Positions 15,001 through 27,530 of a stretch of 64,000 nucleotides of DNA are shown here, piece after piece. The first letter of the stretch is position 1. Every line of letters begins with the position of its first letter. Where the stretch lies: NCBI RefSeq assembly GCF_963921235.1, contig NC_086108.1, forward strand, positions 51,586,001 to 51,650,000, written 5' to 3'. Position numbers and translations under genes: made by a program. Origin of the DNA: Mobula hypostoma (Eukaryota). The notes below the pieces were generated by a model. The model searched no databases and had not been told where the DNA came from. It saw nothing but the letters and a program-made list of their open reading frames with translations.

Positions 15001-18000
15001 ACCACACACAGGTTTCCCTCCAAGGACTGCAGGCACATGGCAACTCTACCACACACAGGTTTCCCTCCAAGGACTGCAGGCACATGGGAATTCTACCACA
15101 CATAGGTTTCTCTCCCACTCACATGGGAACTCTACCACACACAGGTTTCCCTCCGAGTCACGTGGGAACTCTACCACACACAGGTTTCCCTCCGAGTCAC
15201 ATGGGAACTCTACCACACACAGGTTTCCCTCCGAGTCACATGGGAACTCTACCACACACAGGTTTCCCTCCGAGTCACGTGGGAACTCTACCACACACAG
15301 GTTTCCCTCCGAGTCACATGGGAACTCTACCACACACAGGTTTCCCTCCGAGTCACATGGGAACTCTACCACACACAGGTTTCCCTCCGAGTCACGTGGG
15401 AACTCTACCACACACAGGTTTCCCTCCGAGTCACATGGGAACTCTACCACACACAGGTTTCCCTCCGAGTCACATGGGAACTCTACCACACACAGGTTTC
15501 CCTCCGAGTCACATGGGAACTCTACCACACACAGGTTTCCCTCCGAGTCACGTGGGAACTCTACCACACACAGGTTTCCCTCCGAGTCACATGGGAACTC
15601 TACCACACACAGGTTTCCCTCCAAGGACTGCAGGCACATGGGAACTCTACCACACACAGGTTTCCCTCCGAGTCACATGGGAACTCTACCACACACAGGT
15701 TTCCCTCCGAGTCACGTGGGAACTCTACCAAACACAGGTTTCCCTCCGAGTCACATGGGAACTCTACCACACACAGGTTTCCCTCCGAGTCACGTGGGAA
15801 CTCTACCACACACAGGTTTCCCTCCGAGTCACATGGGAACTCTACCACACACAGGTTTCCCTCCGAGTCACATGGGAACTCTACCACACACAGGTTTCCC
15901 TCCGAGTCACGTGGGAACTCTACCACACACAGGTTTCCCTCCGAGTCACGTGGGAACTCTACCACACACAGGTTTCCCTCCGAGTCACATGGGAACTCTA
16001 CCACACACAGGTTTCCCTCCAAGGACTGCAGGCACATGGGAACTCTACCACACACAGGTTTCCCTCCGAGTCACATGGGAACTCTACCACACACAGGTTT
16101 CCCTCCGAGTCACGTGGGAACTCTACCACACACAGGTTTCCCTCCGAGTCACGTGGGAACTCTACCACACACAGGTTTCCCTCCGAGTCACATGGGAACT
16201 CTACCACACACAGGTTTCCCTCCGAGTCACGTGGGAACTCTACCACACACAGGTTTCCCTCCGAGTCACATGGGAACTCTACCACACACAGGTTTCCCTC
16301 CAAGGACTGCAGGCACATGGGAACTCTACCACACACAGGTTTCTCTCCCAGTCACATGGGAACTCTACCACACACAGGTTTCCCTCCGAGTCACGTGGGA
16401 ACTCTACCACACACAAGTTTTCCTCCGAGTCACATGGGAACTCTACCACACACAGGTTTCCCTCCGAGTCACATGGGAACTCTACCACACACAGGTTTCC
16501 CTCCGAGTCACGTGGGAACTCTACCACACACAGGTTTCCCTCCGAGTCACATGGGAACTCTACCACACACAGGTTTCCCTCCGAGTCACATGGGAACTCT
16601 ACCACACACAGGTTTCCCTCCGAGTCACATGGGAACTCTACCACACACAGGTTTCCCTCCGAGTCACATGGGAACTCTACCACACACAGGTTTCCCTCCG
16701 AGTCACATGGGAACTCTACCACACACAGGTTTCCCTCCAAGGACTGCAGGCACATGGGAACTCTACCACACACAGGTTTCCCTCCGAGTCACATGGGAAC
16801 TCTACCACACACAGGTTTCCCTCCGAGTCACGTGGGAACTCTACCACACACAGGTTTCCCTCCGAGTCACATGGGAACTCTACCACACACAGGTTTCCCT
16901 CCGAGTCACGTGGGAACTCTACCACACACAGGTTTCCCTCCGAGTCACGTGGGAACTCTACCACACACAGGTTTCCCTCCGAGTCACATGGGAACTCTAC
17001 CACACACAGGTTTCCCTCCGAGTCACATGGGAACTCTACCACACACAGGTTTCCCTCCAAGATCTGCAGTCACATGGGAACTCTACCACTCACAGGTTTC
17101 CCTCCGAGTCACATGGGAACTCTATCAAACACAGGTTTTCCTCCGAGTCACGTGGGAACTCTACCACACACAGGTTTCCCTCCGAGTCACGTGGGAACTC
17201 TACCACACACAGGTTTCCCTCCGAGTCACGTGGGAACTCTACCACACACAGGTTTCCCTCCGAGTCACATGGGAACTCTACCACACACAGGTTTCCCTCC
17301 GAGTCACATGGGAACTCTACCACACACAGGTTTCCCTCCGAGTCACATGGGAACTCTACCACACACAGGTTTCCCTCCAAGGACTGCAGGCACATGGGAA
17401 CTCTACCACACACAGGTTTCCCTCCGAGTCACATGGGAACTCTACCACACACAGGTTTCCCTCCGAGTCACATGGGAACTCTACCACACACAGGTTTCCC
17501 TCCGAGTCACATGGGAACTCTACCACACACAGGTTTCCCTCCGAGTCACGTGGGAACTCTACCACACACAGGTTTCCCTCCAAGGACTGCAGGCACATGG
17601 GAACTCTACCACACACAGGTTTCCCTCCAAGGACTGCAGGCACATGGGAACTCTACCACACACAGGTTTCCCTCCGAGTCACATGGGAACTCTACCACAC
17701 ACAGGTTTCCCTCCGAGTCACGTGGGAACTCTACCACACACAGGTTTCCCTCCAAGGACTGCAGGCACATGGGAACTCTACCACACACAGGTTTCCCTCC
17801 AAGGACTGCAGGCACATGGGAACTCTACCACACACAGGTTTTCCTCCGAGTCACATGGGAACTCTACCACACACAGGTTTCCCTCCGAGTCACGTGGGAA
17901 CTCTACCAAACACAGGTTTCCCTCCGAGTCACATGGGAACTCTACCACACACAGGTTTCCCTCCGAGTCACGTGGGAACTCTACCACACACAGGTTTCCC

Positions 18001-21000
18001 TCCGAGTCACGTGGGAACTCTACCACACACAGGTTTCCCTCCGAGTCACATGGGAACTCTACCACACACAGGTTTCCCTCCGAGTCACATGGGAACTCTA
18101 CCACACACAGGTTTCCCTCCGAGTCACGTGGGAACTCTACCACACACAGGTTTCCCTCCGAGTCACGTGGGAACTCTACCACACACAGGTTTCCCTCCGA
18201 GTCACATGGGAACTCTACCACACACAGGTTTCCCTCCGAGTCACATGGGAACTCTACCACACACAGGTTTCCCTCCGAGTCACGTGGGAACTCTACCACA
18301 CACAGGTTTCCCTCCGAGTCACATGGGAACTCTACCACACACAGGTTTCCCTCCGAGTCACATGGGAACTCTACCACACACAGGTTTCCCTCCGAGTCAC
18401 ATGGGAACTCTACCACACACAGGTTTCCCTCCGAGTCACATGGGAACTCTACCACACACAGGTTTCCCTCCAAGGACTGCAGGCACATGGGAACTCTACC
18501 ACACACAGGTTTCCCTCCGAGTCACGTGGGAACTCTACCACACACAGGTTTCCCTCCGAGTCACATGGGAACTCTACCACACACAGGTTTCCCTCCGAGT
18601 CACGTGGGAACTCTACCACACACAGGTTTCCCTCCGAGTCACATGGGAACTCTACCGCACACAGGTTTCCCTCCGAGTCACATGGGAACTCTACCACACA
18701 CAGGTTTCCCTCCGAGTCACGTGGGAACTCTACCACACACAGGTTTCCCTCCGAGTCACGTGGGAACTCTACCACACACAGGTTTCCCTCCGAGTCACAT
18801 GGGAACTCTACCACACACAGGTTTCCCTCCGAGTCACATGGGAACTCTACCACACACAGGTTTCCCTCCAAGGACTGCAGGCACATGGGAACTCTACCAC
18901 ACACAGGTTTCCCTCCGAGTCACATGGGAACTCTACCACACACAGGTTTCCCTCCGAGTCACATGGGAACTCTACCACACACAGGTTTCCCTCCGAGTCA
19001 CATGGGAACTCTACCACACACAGGTTTCCCTCCGAGTCACGTGGGAACTCTACCAAACACAGGTTTCCCTCCATTTCACGTGGGAACTCTACCAAACACA
19101 GGATTCCCTCCGAGTCACATGGGAACTCTACCACACACAGGTTTCCCTCCGAGTCACATGGGAACTCTACCACACACAGGTTTCCCTCCGAGTTACATGG
19201 GAACTCTATCACACACAGGTTTCCCTCCGAGTCAAGTGGGAACTCTACCACACACAGGTTTCCCTCCGAGTCACATGGGAACTCTACCACACACAGGTTT
19301 CCCTCCGAGTCACATGGGAACTCTACCACACACAGGTTTCCCTCCAAGGACTGCAGGCACATGGGAACTCTACCACACACAGGTTTCCCTCCGAGTCACA
19401 TGGGAACTCTACCACACACAGGTTTCCCTCCGAGTCACATGGGAACTCTACCACACACAGGTTTCCCTCCGAGTCACATGGGAACTCTACCACACACAGG
19501 TTTCCCTCCGAGTCACGTGGGAACTCTACCACACACAGGTTTCCCTCCGAGTCACATGGGAACTCTACCACACACAGGTTTCCCTCCGAGTCACGTGGGA
19601 ACTCTACCACACACAGGTTTCCCTCCGAGTCACATGGGAACTCTACCACACACAGGTTTCCCTCCGAGTCACATGGGAACTCTACCACACACAGGTTTCC
19701 CTCCGAGTCACATGGGAACTCTACCACACACAGGTTTCCCTCCGAGTCACATGGGAACTCTACCACACACAGGTTTCCCTCCGAGTCACGTGGGAACTCT
19801 ACCACACACAGGTTTCCCTCCGAGTCACATGGGAACTCTACCACACACAGGTTTCCCTCCGAGTCACATGGGAACTCTACCACACACAGGTTTCCCTCCA
19901 AGGACTGCAGGCACATGGGAACTCTACCACACACAGGTTTCCCTCCGAGTCACGTGGGAACTCTACCACACACAGGTTTCCCTCCGAGTCACGTGGGAAC
20001 TCTACCACACACAGGTTTCCCTCCAAGGACTGCAGGCACATGGGAACTCTACCACACACAGGTTTCCCTCCGAGTCACGTGGGAACTCTACCACACACAG
20101 GTTTCCCTCCGAGTCACGTGGGAACTCTACCACACACAGGTTTCCCTCCGAGTCACGTGGGAACTCTACCACACACAGGTTTCCCTGCAAGGACTGCAGA
20201 CACATGGGAACTCTACCACACACAGGTTTCCCTCCGAGTCACGTGGGAACTCTACCACACACAGGTTTCCCTCCGAGTCACATGGGAACTCTACCACACA
20301 CAGGTTTCCCTCCAAGGACTGCAGGCACATGGGAACTCTACCACACACAGGTTTCCCTCCGAGTCACATGGGAACTCTACCACACACAGGTTTCCCTCCG
20401 AGTCACATGGGAACTCTACCACACACAGGTTTCCCTCCAAGGACTGCAGGCACATGGGAACTCTACCACACACAGGTTTCCCTCCGAGTCACATGGGAAC
20501 TCTACCACACACAGGTTTCCCTCCGAGTCACATGGGAACTCTACCACACACAGGTTTCCCTCCGAGTCACATGGGAACTCTACCACACACAGGTTTCCCT
20601 CCGAGTCACATGGGAACTCTACCACACACAGGTTTCCCTCCGAGTCACATGGGAACTCTACCACACACAGGTTTCCCTCCGAGTCACATGGGAACTCTAC
20701 CACACACAGGTTTCCCTCCGAGTCACATGGGAACTCTACCACACACAGGTTTCCCTCCAAGGACTGCAGGCACATGGGAACTCTACCACACACAGGTTTC
20801 CCTCCGAGTCACATGGGAACTCTACCACACACAGGTTTCCCTCCAAAGGCACATGGGAACTCTACCACACACAGGTTTCCCTCCGAGTCACATGGGAACT
20901 CTACCACACACAGGTTTCCCTCCAAGGACTGCAGGCACATGGGAACTCTACCACACACAGGTTTCCCTCCGAGTCACATGGGAACTCTACCACACACAGG

Positions 21001-21870
21001 TTTCCCTCCGAGTCACATGGGAACTCTACCACACACAGGTTTCCCTCCAAGGACTGCAGGCACATGGGAACTCTACCACACACAGGTTTCCCTCCGAGTC
21101 ACATGGGAACTCTACCACACACAGGTTTCCCTCCGAGTCACGTGGGAACTCTACCACACACAGGTTTCCCTCCAAGGACTGCAGGCACATGGGAACTCTA
21201 CCACACACAGGTTTCCCTCCGAGTCACGTGGGAACTCTACCACACACAGGTTTCCCTCCGAGTCACATGGGAACTCTACCACACACAGGTTTCCCTCCGA
21301 GTCACATGGGAACTCTACCACACACAGGTTTCCCTCCGAGTCACATGGGAACTCTACCACACACAGGTTTCCCTCCGAGTCACGTGGGAACTCTACCACA
21401 CACAGGTTTCCCTCCAAGGACTGCAGGCACATGGGAACTCTACCACACACAGGTTTCCCTCCGAGTCACATGGGAACTCTACCACACACAGGTTTCTCTC
21501 TCAGTCACATGGGAACTCTTCCACACACAGGTTTCCCTCCGAGTCACGTGGGAACTCTACCACGCACAGGTTTCCCTCCGAGTCACATGGGATCTCTACC
21601 GCACACAGGTTTCCCTCCGAGTCACATGGGAAGTCTACCGCACACAGGTTTCCCTCCAAGTCACGTGGGAACTCTACCACACACAGGTTTCCCTCCGAGT
21701 CACGTGGGAACTCTACCACACACAGGTTTCCCTCCGGGTCATGTGGGAACTCTACCACACACAGGTTTCCCTCTGAGTCACATGGGAACTCTACCACACA
21801 CAGGTTTCCCTCCAAGGACTGCAGGCACATGGGAACTCTACCACACACAGGTTTCTCTCCCTGTCACATG
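1..21870 (+). repeat. Large minisatellite/satellite array: 39-bp unit CAC(A/G)TGGGAACTCTACCACACACAGGTTTCCCTCCGAGT plus 47-bp variant ending ...CCTCCAAGGACTGCAGG; continues beyond the window's left edge
   Basis: Tandem periodicity is directly visible; about 540 units estimated from length; the ORF track shows 13-aa periodic peptides in three + frames and one - frame. Confidence 0.99.
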
Positions 21871-22539
21871 CCGTCCTCAGTTGGATTTACACTCGGTGCT
21901 GAGATTTCTCCTTGACTGCTCACTTTCTCCTGCATATATTCCCTCTCTTGGTCCTTGCCTCAGTCCACTTCCTTCAAGGTGACCTAGAATTGAAAAATTA
22001 ATGACAAGTTTAAGAACTGTTGAGGCTACAATGCCCCCACCTCCACTTTTTGATAAAAGTAACATATTTCCTATCGGGAAAGAAAAGATTGTATTGCAAG
22101 TTAAATATCATACTGTGACTAAATTTGGTATTATGTTTATTTATGTTTTAGTTGAACTCCACAAGATATTTATTTTATTCAATATATTTCTGAGAACTCC
22201 CCATCTTCTATCAAATCTCTCCATACCTCTGACATACAACTTGCTCTGACCTCCACTTCTCTAAGTATGACTATGTCCCTCAAATTACCTCACTTGGGTG
22301 TGTTAAAACAAGATAAAGACTTGAAGAAAAAGGAGATTGTAAACTGGAGTGACTAAAGTAAGGAATTCCAAATTATTTATGTAATGGTAGTGAATGGGGG
22401 TGTCTGTAACTCATAAAGGTATGCTCAAGGGTTTTAGCCATGGATGTGTCAGGGTAGGGTAGGGCAAATCATCAACAAAGTCAATTTATGTTACAACTTC
22501 AGGATATTTCACAAACTCATCAGATAAAAATTGACATTA

Positions 22540-22970
22540 TCATGAAAGGTAACTTAGGATATCTAACCAAAAGCTCAGACAAAGAATTAGATTCTAAAGT
22601 GCATTGAAAGAAAGAATGGCTTTGGATCCAATTTCAGAGCTTGAGGAATAGATAGCCTATGATATACTCACTAGTAATAGTACAAAAGACATGAGTGATG
22701 GACAATTGGGAGAATACTGAACTGTTGGAAGATTGTAGGGATAAAGGAAGTCACAGAGATATAGAAGAGCAATATCATAGATTTAAACATAAGAAAATCA
22801 ATATTAAAATTGAGGATTTATTGAAACATTAACCAATACAAGTTAAAAGAAGGGATAATGGGAGAACAGTATAACTACCATCTGTCTGGGTGAGTTTTGG
22901 ACATGCTGATATTGTCGCAGTTAGACTGCAGAAGATGGTCAAGTTAGCATTGAAATAATCAACTCAAGGG
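22540..22970 (-). mobile_element. Highly degenerate L2-like LINE 3' remnant
   Basis: Resembles recalled antisense L2 3' sequence (GTCACAGAGATA..., GATTTAAACATAAGAA..., GAGTTTTGGA); very decayed, boundaries approximate. Confidence 0.3.
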
Positions 22971-23349
22971 ACAAAGCAATTAAATTCATCTTCAACAATC
23001 TGTGATAGAGGCACCTGTCCATAATAGTATTTGAAGAAATGATTACTGCACTTCAGGAGAAGGAACAGCAGAGGGGAGAGAAACAGAGTCAATGTTTATT
23101 GCCAGGGGCCTTTTGTTAGAACCGGACAGAGAGGAAGCAAGCACATTTTAAGTTGCAGAAAGTGGGAGTAGAGAACTATTGGAATGTTTGTGATTGGGAG
23201 CAGAACAAAGATGGAAAGATAACAATTATGTTAAGAACAAATAGTCAGAAATGGAAGAAAAAGGAAAACAAATTTAAAGGAAAAGGCATAGCCATATCAT
23301 GACCGGTGCATAGTAGCTTAACCTAATTGTGTTCTGCCTATAAAATGTG

Positions 23350-23620
23350 CTGCAGTTCTTTCCTGAGGTGCTTTGACAAAGCCTCCCAAACCCATGGCTT
23401 CTCCTACCAACAAGGACAAGGTAACACTACTACCATGTTTCTCTCCATTTCACACACCATCCTCACTTAAAAGTATATTGTTATTCTTTCATCGCTACTG
23501 GTCTGAATTCTGGAACTTAACCCACAACATTGTAGTAGGGGTACATTCAGTTAAAGGAGACAACTTCTCAGGAACAATTAGAGATGGGAATAAATGTTGG
23601 TTTTATCAATGATGCATAGA
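23350..23620 (+). mobile_element. Degenerate 3' end of a CR1/L2-group LINE (same family as the satellite's progenitor)
   Basis: CCTCCCAAACCC...CACACACCATCCT...TCTTTCATCG...CTGGAACT...CAATTAGAGATGGGAATAAATG matches a recalled elasmobranch LINE ORF2 C-terminus (SF...WNSLP) and tail; 26/32 ungapped identity with the array's 3' junction (23437-23468 vs 21851-21882). Confidence 0.6.
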
Positions 23621-24269
23621 GTTTTTGCAATTTTTTAGAAATAGTTACTTTTTAAATTGTATTATCCTTAAAATTGTTAATGTTCTGCTGGAATAGATTT
23701 TTTGAATTTTCCCATTTTTCTAATTTTATCACCATGCATTCTCAGCTTCAAGAAACACTTGCTCATGGTGCTGAGGACATGCTAGCATGTGACTGGCAAT
23801 ACCCCACTGCATAAATCAAGGCTACACAAGGCTCTAACAGCAATTATTAATCAAGATGTCAAGTTTCTCCCTGCATCAAGCCAAGAAATATAGTCTCTGT
23901 ATTCTCCCAAAATAGAGTAGTTCATACTCCTGGGTTAAATTTCATTTTGCTATCTGTTCATCCATTTTACCAGCCTGTCAATCAATGCTTTCTATTCCTC
24001 AGTATTGTGAATCACAATAAGTTTTCTCATCTTCATGTTCCTTCTCAAGCTTTCCTCACCGTGAAACACAACTCAAACATGTGAAAGGCATAATGTTTGT
24101 AGGCTGCCACAACAGATTCACATTAAAAATGCCAGAAAAAGTTGAAACATCTCCATTCAATTGTGAGTTTTACATTTCACAGCAAGTTTTAATAAATAAT
24201 CTTGCCGACTGGAGATGTACATTTTTCAGATTTCAACAAACATTAAAATAAAAAATTCCTTACTTCTTT

Positions 24270-24398
24270 CACAAACGAGAGAAAATCTGCAGATGCTAGA
24301 AATCCAAGCAACACACACAAAATGCTGAAGGAATTCAGCAGACCAGGCAGCATCTATGGAACAGAGTACAGCTAACGTTTCAGGCCAAGACCCTTCAG
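24270..24398 (-). mobile_element. Short Penelope-like (PLE) terminal fragment
   Basis: Similar to 28515-28612, 29083-29136 and 42761-42860 (CTGCAGATGCT...CAGGCAGCATCT...ACGTTTCAGG..AGACCCTTC). Confidence 0.7.
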
Positions 24399-24659
24399 TG
24401 TTTTTCAGTCTGTTTTATTTCATTTTATTTCTATCTTTTTTTCTTTTCATTTCATAGAGACAATTTTATTCAGAATTAAACATCTGAACTTCCACTTCTT
24501 GGTTTAGATTTTGTGTGCCTCAATAAGGGTTCTTCAGTCTTAATGATTTGGGAAGCTAGCCCATGTTGGCTTTGTTCTGGATTCCCTGTAGAGGGCGCGA
24601 CGGCACTTCGATTTTCTAATAATTGCAAATTGCAATGTTAAAGCTACTTTAAAGAAAGG

Positions 24660-25183
24660 CAGAAAGGGCTGGAATTATGGTATTGAGATGGAGGACTGCC
24701 TATGATCGCACTGAATAGCAGAGCAGGCTCAAGGTGCTGATGGCTTTGCCCTGCTCTTCGACGGTATACCTGTCTCCTTAAGTCAAAGAATATAAAAGTT
24801 GGGATATTACATTACAACATTACAAAAGACTGGTTACATCACACTTGCAGTATTATGTGCAGTTCCAGTTGCCACACTCTCAGAAGGGGTATCAAAAGCA
24901 AGAGGGCATAGGTTTAAAATAAGAGGAAGGAGATTTAAAGGGGATCTTGGAGGCGGGGTGGGGGAAGGAATTTTTTTAAACACAGAGTGTGATCGATATG
25001 TGGAACTTGCTGCCAGAAGAGGTGGTAGAATCATATACAATCACCACATTGAAGAGACATTTAGACATGCGCTCAAATAGGCAAGGGATAGAAAGATACA
25101 GAAATAATGCTGGCCAATGGGATTAGAGTAGACAGATTAAAAAGCTCAGCATGGCGTAATGGGCCAAAAGACCTATTTCTGTG
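24660..25183 (+). mobile_element. CR1 LINE 3' fragments
   Basis: ORF 24799-25080 contains SKARGHRFKIRGRRFKGD (CR1 ORF2 C-terminal TRGH motif); CR1-type tail GGGCCAAAAGACCTATTTCTGTG. Confidence 0.7.
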
Positions 25184-25784
25184 TTAAGTGGCAGAGCAGT
25201 TCGATTCGGATTGGATTTTCTGCCAGAGATAACATGGAATGATTTCCAGCTGTGTTGTAAATGCCAATAGTTCAGTTAAATCTTTCAGCAGTTGCAATGC
25301 TAACTCTGAATCTAACTCATTCAAGGCAAGTAACTTGAGAATCTTCGAACCACTTAGAGAATTCTTCCACTGATAAATAGCCACTTTCTTTAAATTGTAT
25401 GACTTTTATATTAATGGAATTGTTATTTCTTTCATTAACATTAGGGTGCAGGTCATCAAACAAGCACCATAACAGCAGGGATTCTTTTGTGCTTTTTAAT
25501 TGCTTCAGCCATATGACTGGACTTTATCAAGAATCCAGATAATGCAATGGTAATTATTGCACACTGACAAATGAATGTAATTTGACATCCTCTGCAATCT
25601 CAAAAAGAAGTCAATAAAGTTTCTGAAAAGCTTTAAGTTCTGAGAGATTCATGCACCAGGCTGTCATAATAAACCAGGAAAGTCACAATAATTGTTAATT
25701 GTCTTGTCAAATTAGAGTCCTCTGCTGCTTTGAAGAAACTTCTTTTTCCTTCAGGTTAAGAGAAATGAAAAACTGAAAATGATC

Positions 25785-25811
25785 TCAGCACCTTTCCCTG
25801 CAGTTGACGTA
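25785..25811 (-). CDS. Terminal coding exon of an unidentified host gene (YVNCRERC*)
   Basis: Strong acceptor TTTAATGTCTTTCCAATTTTCCTTCCAG at 25812; phase 0 matches the upstream exon 27457-27530; TGA stop at 25787-25785. Confidence 0.7.
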   Translation of the reverse strand, partial: YVNCRERC

Positions 25812-25992
25812 CTGGAAGGAAAATTGGAAAGACATTAAATATTATTAACATGAGATACCGAAAAATATCAATGCTGGAAATACAATGATCAAAGCAGATT
25901 ATCAAAAGTATGAGATTCACCATAGCATGTAATAAACAGTAGCCAGCAGTTTATATACTTTACAAGTCAACCCCTAGCTTCCTGGAGGCATA

Positions 25993-27307
25993 ACAGACTG
26001 CAGATGCTGGAATCTGAAGTAAAAACAAACTGCTGCAGGAACTCAGTGGGTCGGGCAGCATCTGTGGAGGTAAAGGGATAGTTAATATTCCTCATCCTGC
26101 TGCAGGTTTTCAATCCGAACCATCAATCTGCTGCCTTTGACACAATTGACTACAATATTCTCCTAGATCACCTTAAGAACTAGGTTGGCCTCTCTGGCAG
26201 TGCCCTTAAATATTTCTTTCCCATGTATCTTAAAGAGAATTTATTTTGTCTGTCTTGGAGACCAATTTTATAAGCAATATGATGTACCGTTTGGTGTTAC
26301 TCAGGGAAGCTGTCTTGGTCCCTTACTCTTCTCCTTATACGTGTTCCCCTTAGGAGACATTATCAGAGAGCATAAACTTGATTTCCGTAGTTAAGCAGAT
26401 GACACACAATTGGATATCTCAATGGAACCTGATGATGATAACACCCAATCTTCTCTGAATTCTAGTGTGTTTGCAATAAACAAATGGATGAGCAATAATT
26501 TCCTGAAACTATATGAAGAAAAAACTGAAATACTTCTGGTTGATCCCAAAGACAAAAGAGATAATCTGGATAAATTTGGGAATTTGTCTGTCCTTGTAAA
26601 ATCTGAAGTAACAAACCTAGGTGTTATCCTAAATTCAGATTTGAATTTTAAATCCCACATAAAGAAAGTGACCAGAGCAGCATTTCTACTCTTAAGAAGC
26701 ATTACAAAGGCACATCTTTTTTTCTGTCATGTAAAGATGCTGTAAAACTAATTCATGCCTTTATATTGAATAGATTAGATTACTGCAATGCACTTTTTAC
26801 TGGCCTTCCAAAGCAATCTATTGACAAACTACAACTCATTCAGAACTCTGCTGCTAGACTTTGAATTAACACCAGAATGATGGAGCATATCACTCCCATC
26901 CGAGCTACTCTGCATTGACTTCCTGTATCTTTTACTTGTTTTTAAAGCTCTCAGTGGTCTGGGACCAGAGTAAATCACAGAATCGTTTTTGATTTATAAT
27001 TCTGCTCGAGCTCTCAGGTCTTCTTTCACTGGTCTCTTAAATTTAAACACCTCCCTCAAAAGAAAATAGGCAGGTCAGCTTTTATGAACTATGCTCCTAA
27101 AATGTGGAGATCAATACCTAAAACTATAAGGGATACAGACTCCATTGACACTTTTAAACATCAGCTCAAAACCGATTTACTTAACCTTCCTTTTATCTAA
27201 CATCTTTTTTGCCTTTTACTTTCAGGTTTGCACTTTATCCTATCATAAAGCACTTGGAACTAAAAGTGGTCGATAAATAAGTTATTATTATTAACTATCC
27301 CTTTGCT
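25993..27307. mobile_element. Degenerate inverted PLE-derived element split by an L2 insertion
   Basis: CTGCAGATGCTGGAATCT...GGCAGCATCTGTGGAG head; perfect 14-bp inverted pair AAAGGGATAGTTAA (26072-26085) / TTAACTATCCCTTT (27291-27304) flanking the L2. Confidence 0.55.
26127..27293 (+). mobile_element. 5'-truncated L2-clade LINE (RT pseudogene)
   Basis: Translates SAAFDTIDY...[16 protein letters not shown]...*ADDTQL...NFLKL...KTEIL...NLGVILNSDLNF...RLDYCNA; ends in AATAA + (TTA)n tail; stops and frameshifts present. Confidence 0.9.
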
Positions 27308-27456
27308 GATGCAAGAATAGTCAGATAGCTTAAGGATTCTAATAACATTAATCAAAGTACATAGCTAATGGCACTGAATACATACTGAGAGCAAAGCAGT
27401 AGAGGAAATCAAAGCTGTTATTTAGAAGAGCGAATATTTTACCAGTTGTCTTGTAC

Positions 27457-27530
27457 CTGATCCTGTGGCTGCATCTCTGGTTGCCAGGACCCAATATCTG
27501 GCCGCACAGTATAAGCAATTCCCTGATACC
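27457..27530 (-). CDS. Penultimate coding exon of the unidentified host gene ((W)YQGIAYTVRPDIGSWQPEMQPQDQ)
   Basis: Acceptor GGCTGTCCCTTTCAG at 27531, donor CAG|GTACAA at 27456; 74 nt, phase 1 in and phase 0 out, compatible with both neighbouring exons; non-repetitive context. Confidence 0.75.

Noticed and set aside
1..21870. CRISPR array
   Set aside because: Head-to-tail repeats with no unique spacers, no cas genes, and a vertebrate context.
1..21870. Satellite derived from the V-SINE core (GGTTTCCTCC...CCAAAGAC)
   Set aside because: Only short motif similarity; the LINE 3'-end match covers the whole unit and the array junction.
1..21870. Centromeric or telomeric identity of the array
   Set aside because: No TTAGGG tracts or other evidence; it cannot be judged from this window.
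7358..21982. 4874-aa ORF and overlapping giant ORFs as real genes
   Set aside because: A consequence of a stop-free unit whose length is a multiple of three; all three frames are equally open, indels are tolerated, and there is no promoter or splice evidence. Kept only as a hypothesis in findings.
25184..25384. 66-aa minus-strand ORF (WKNSLSGSKILKLL...) as an exon
   Set aside because: Lies downstream of the predicted stop at 25785, probably 3'UTR; weaker acceptor and no recognisable homology. An alternative last exon is not strictly excluded.
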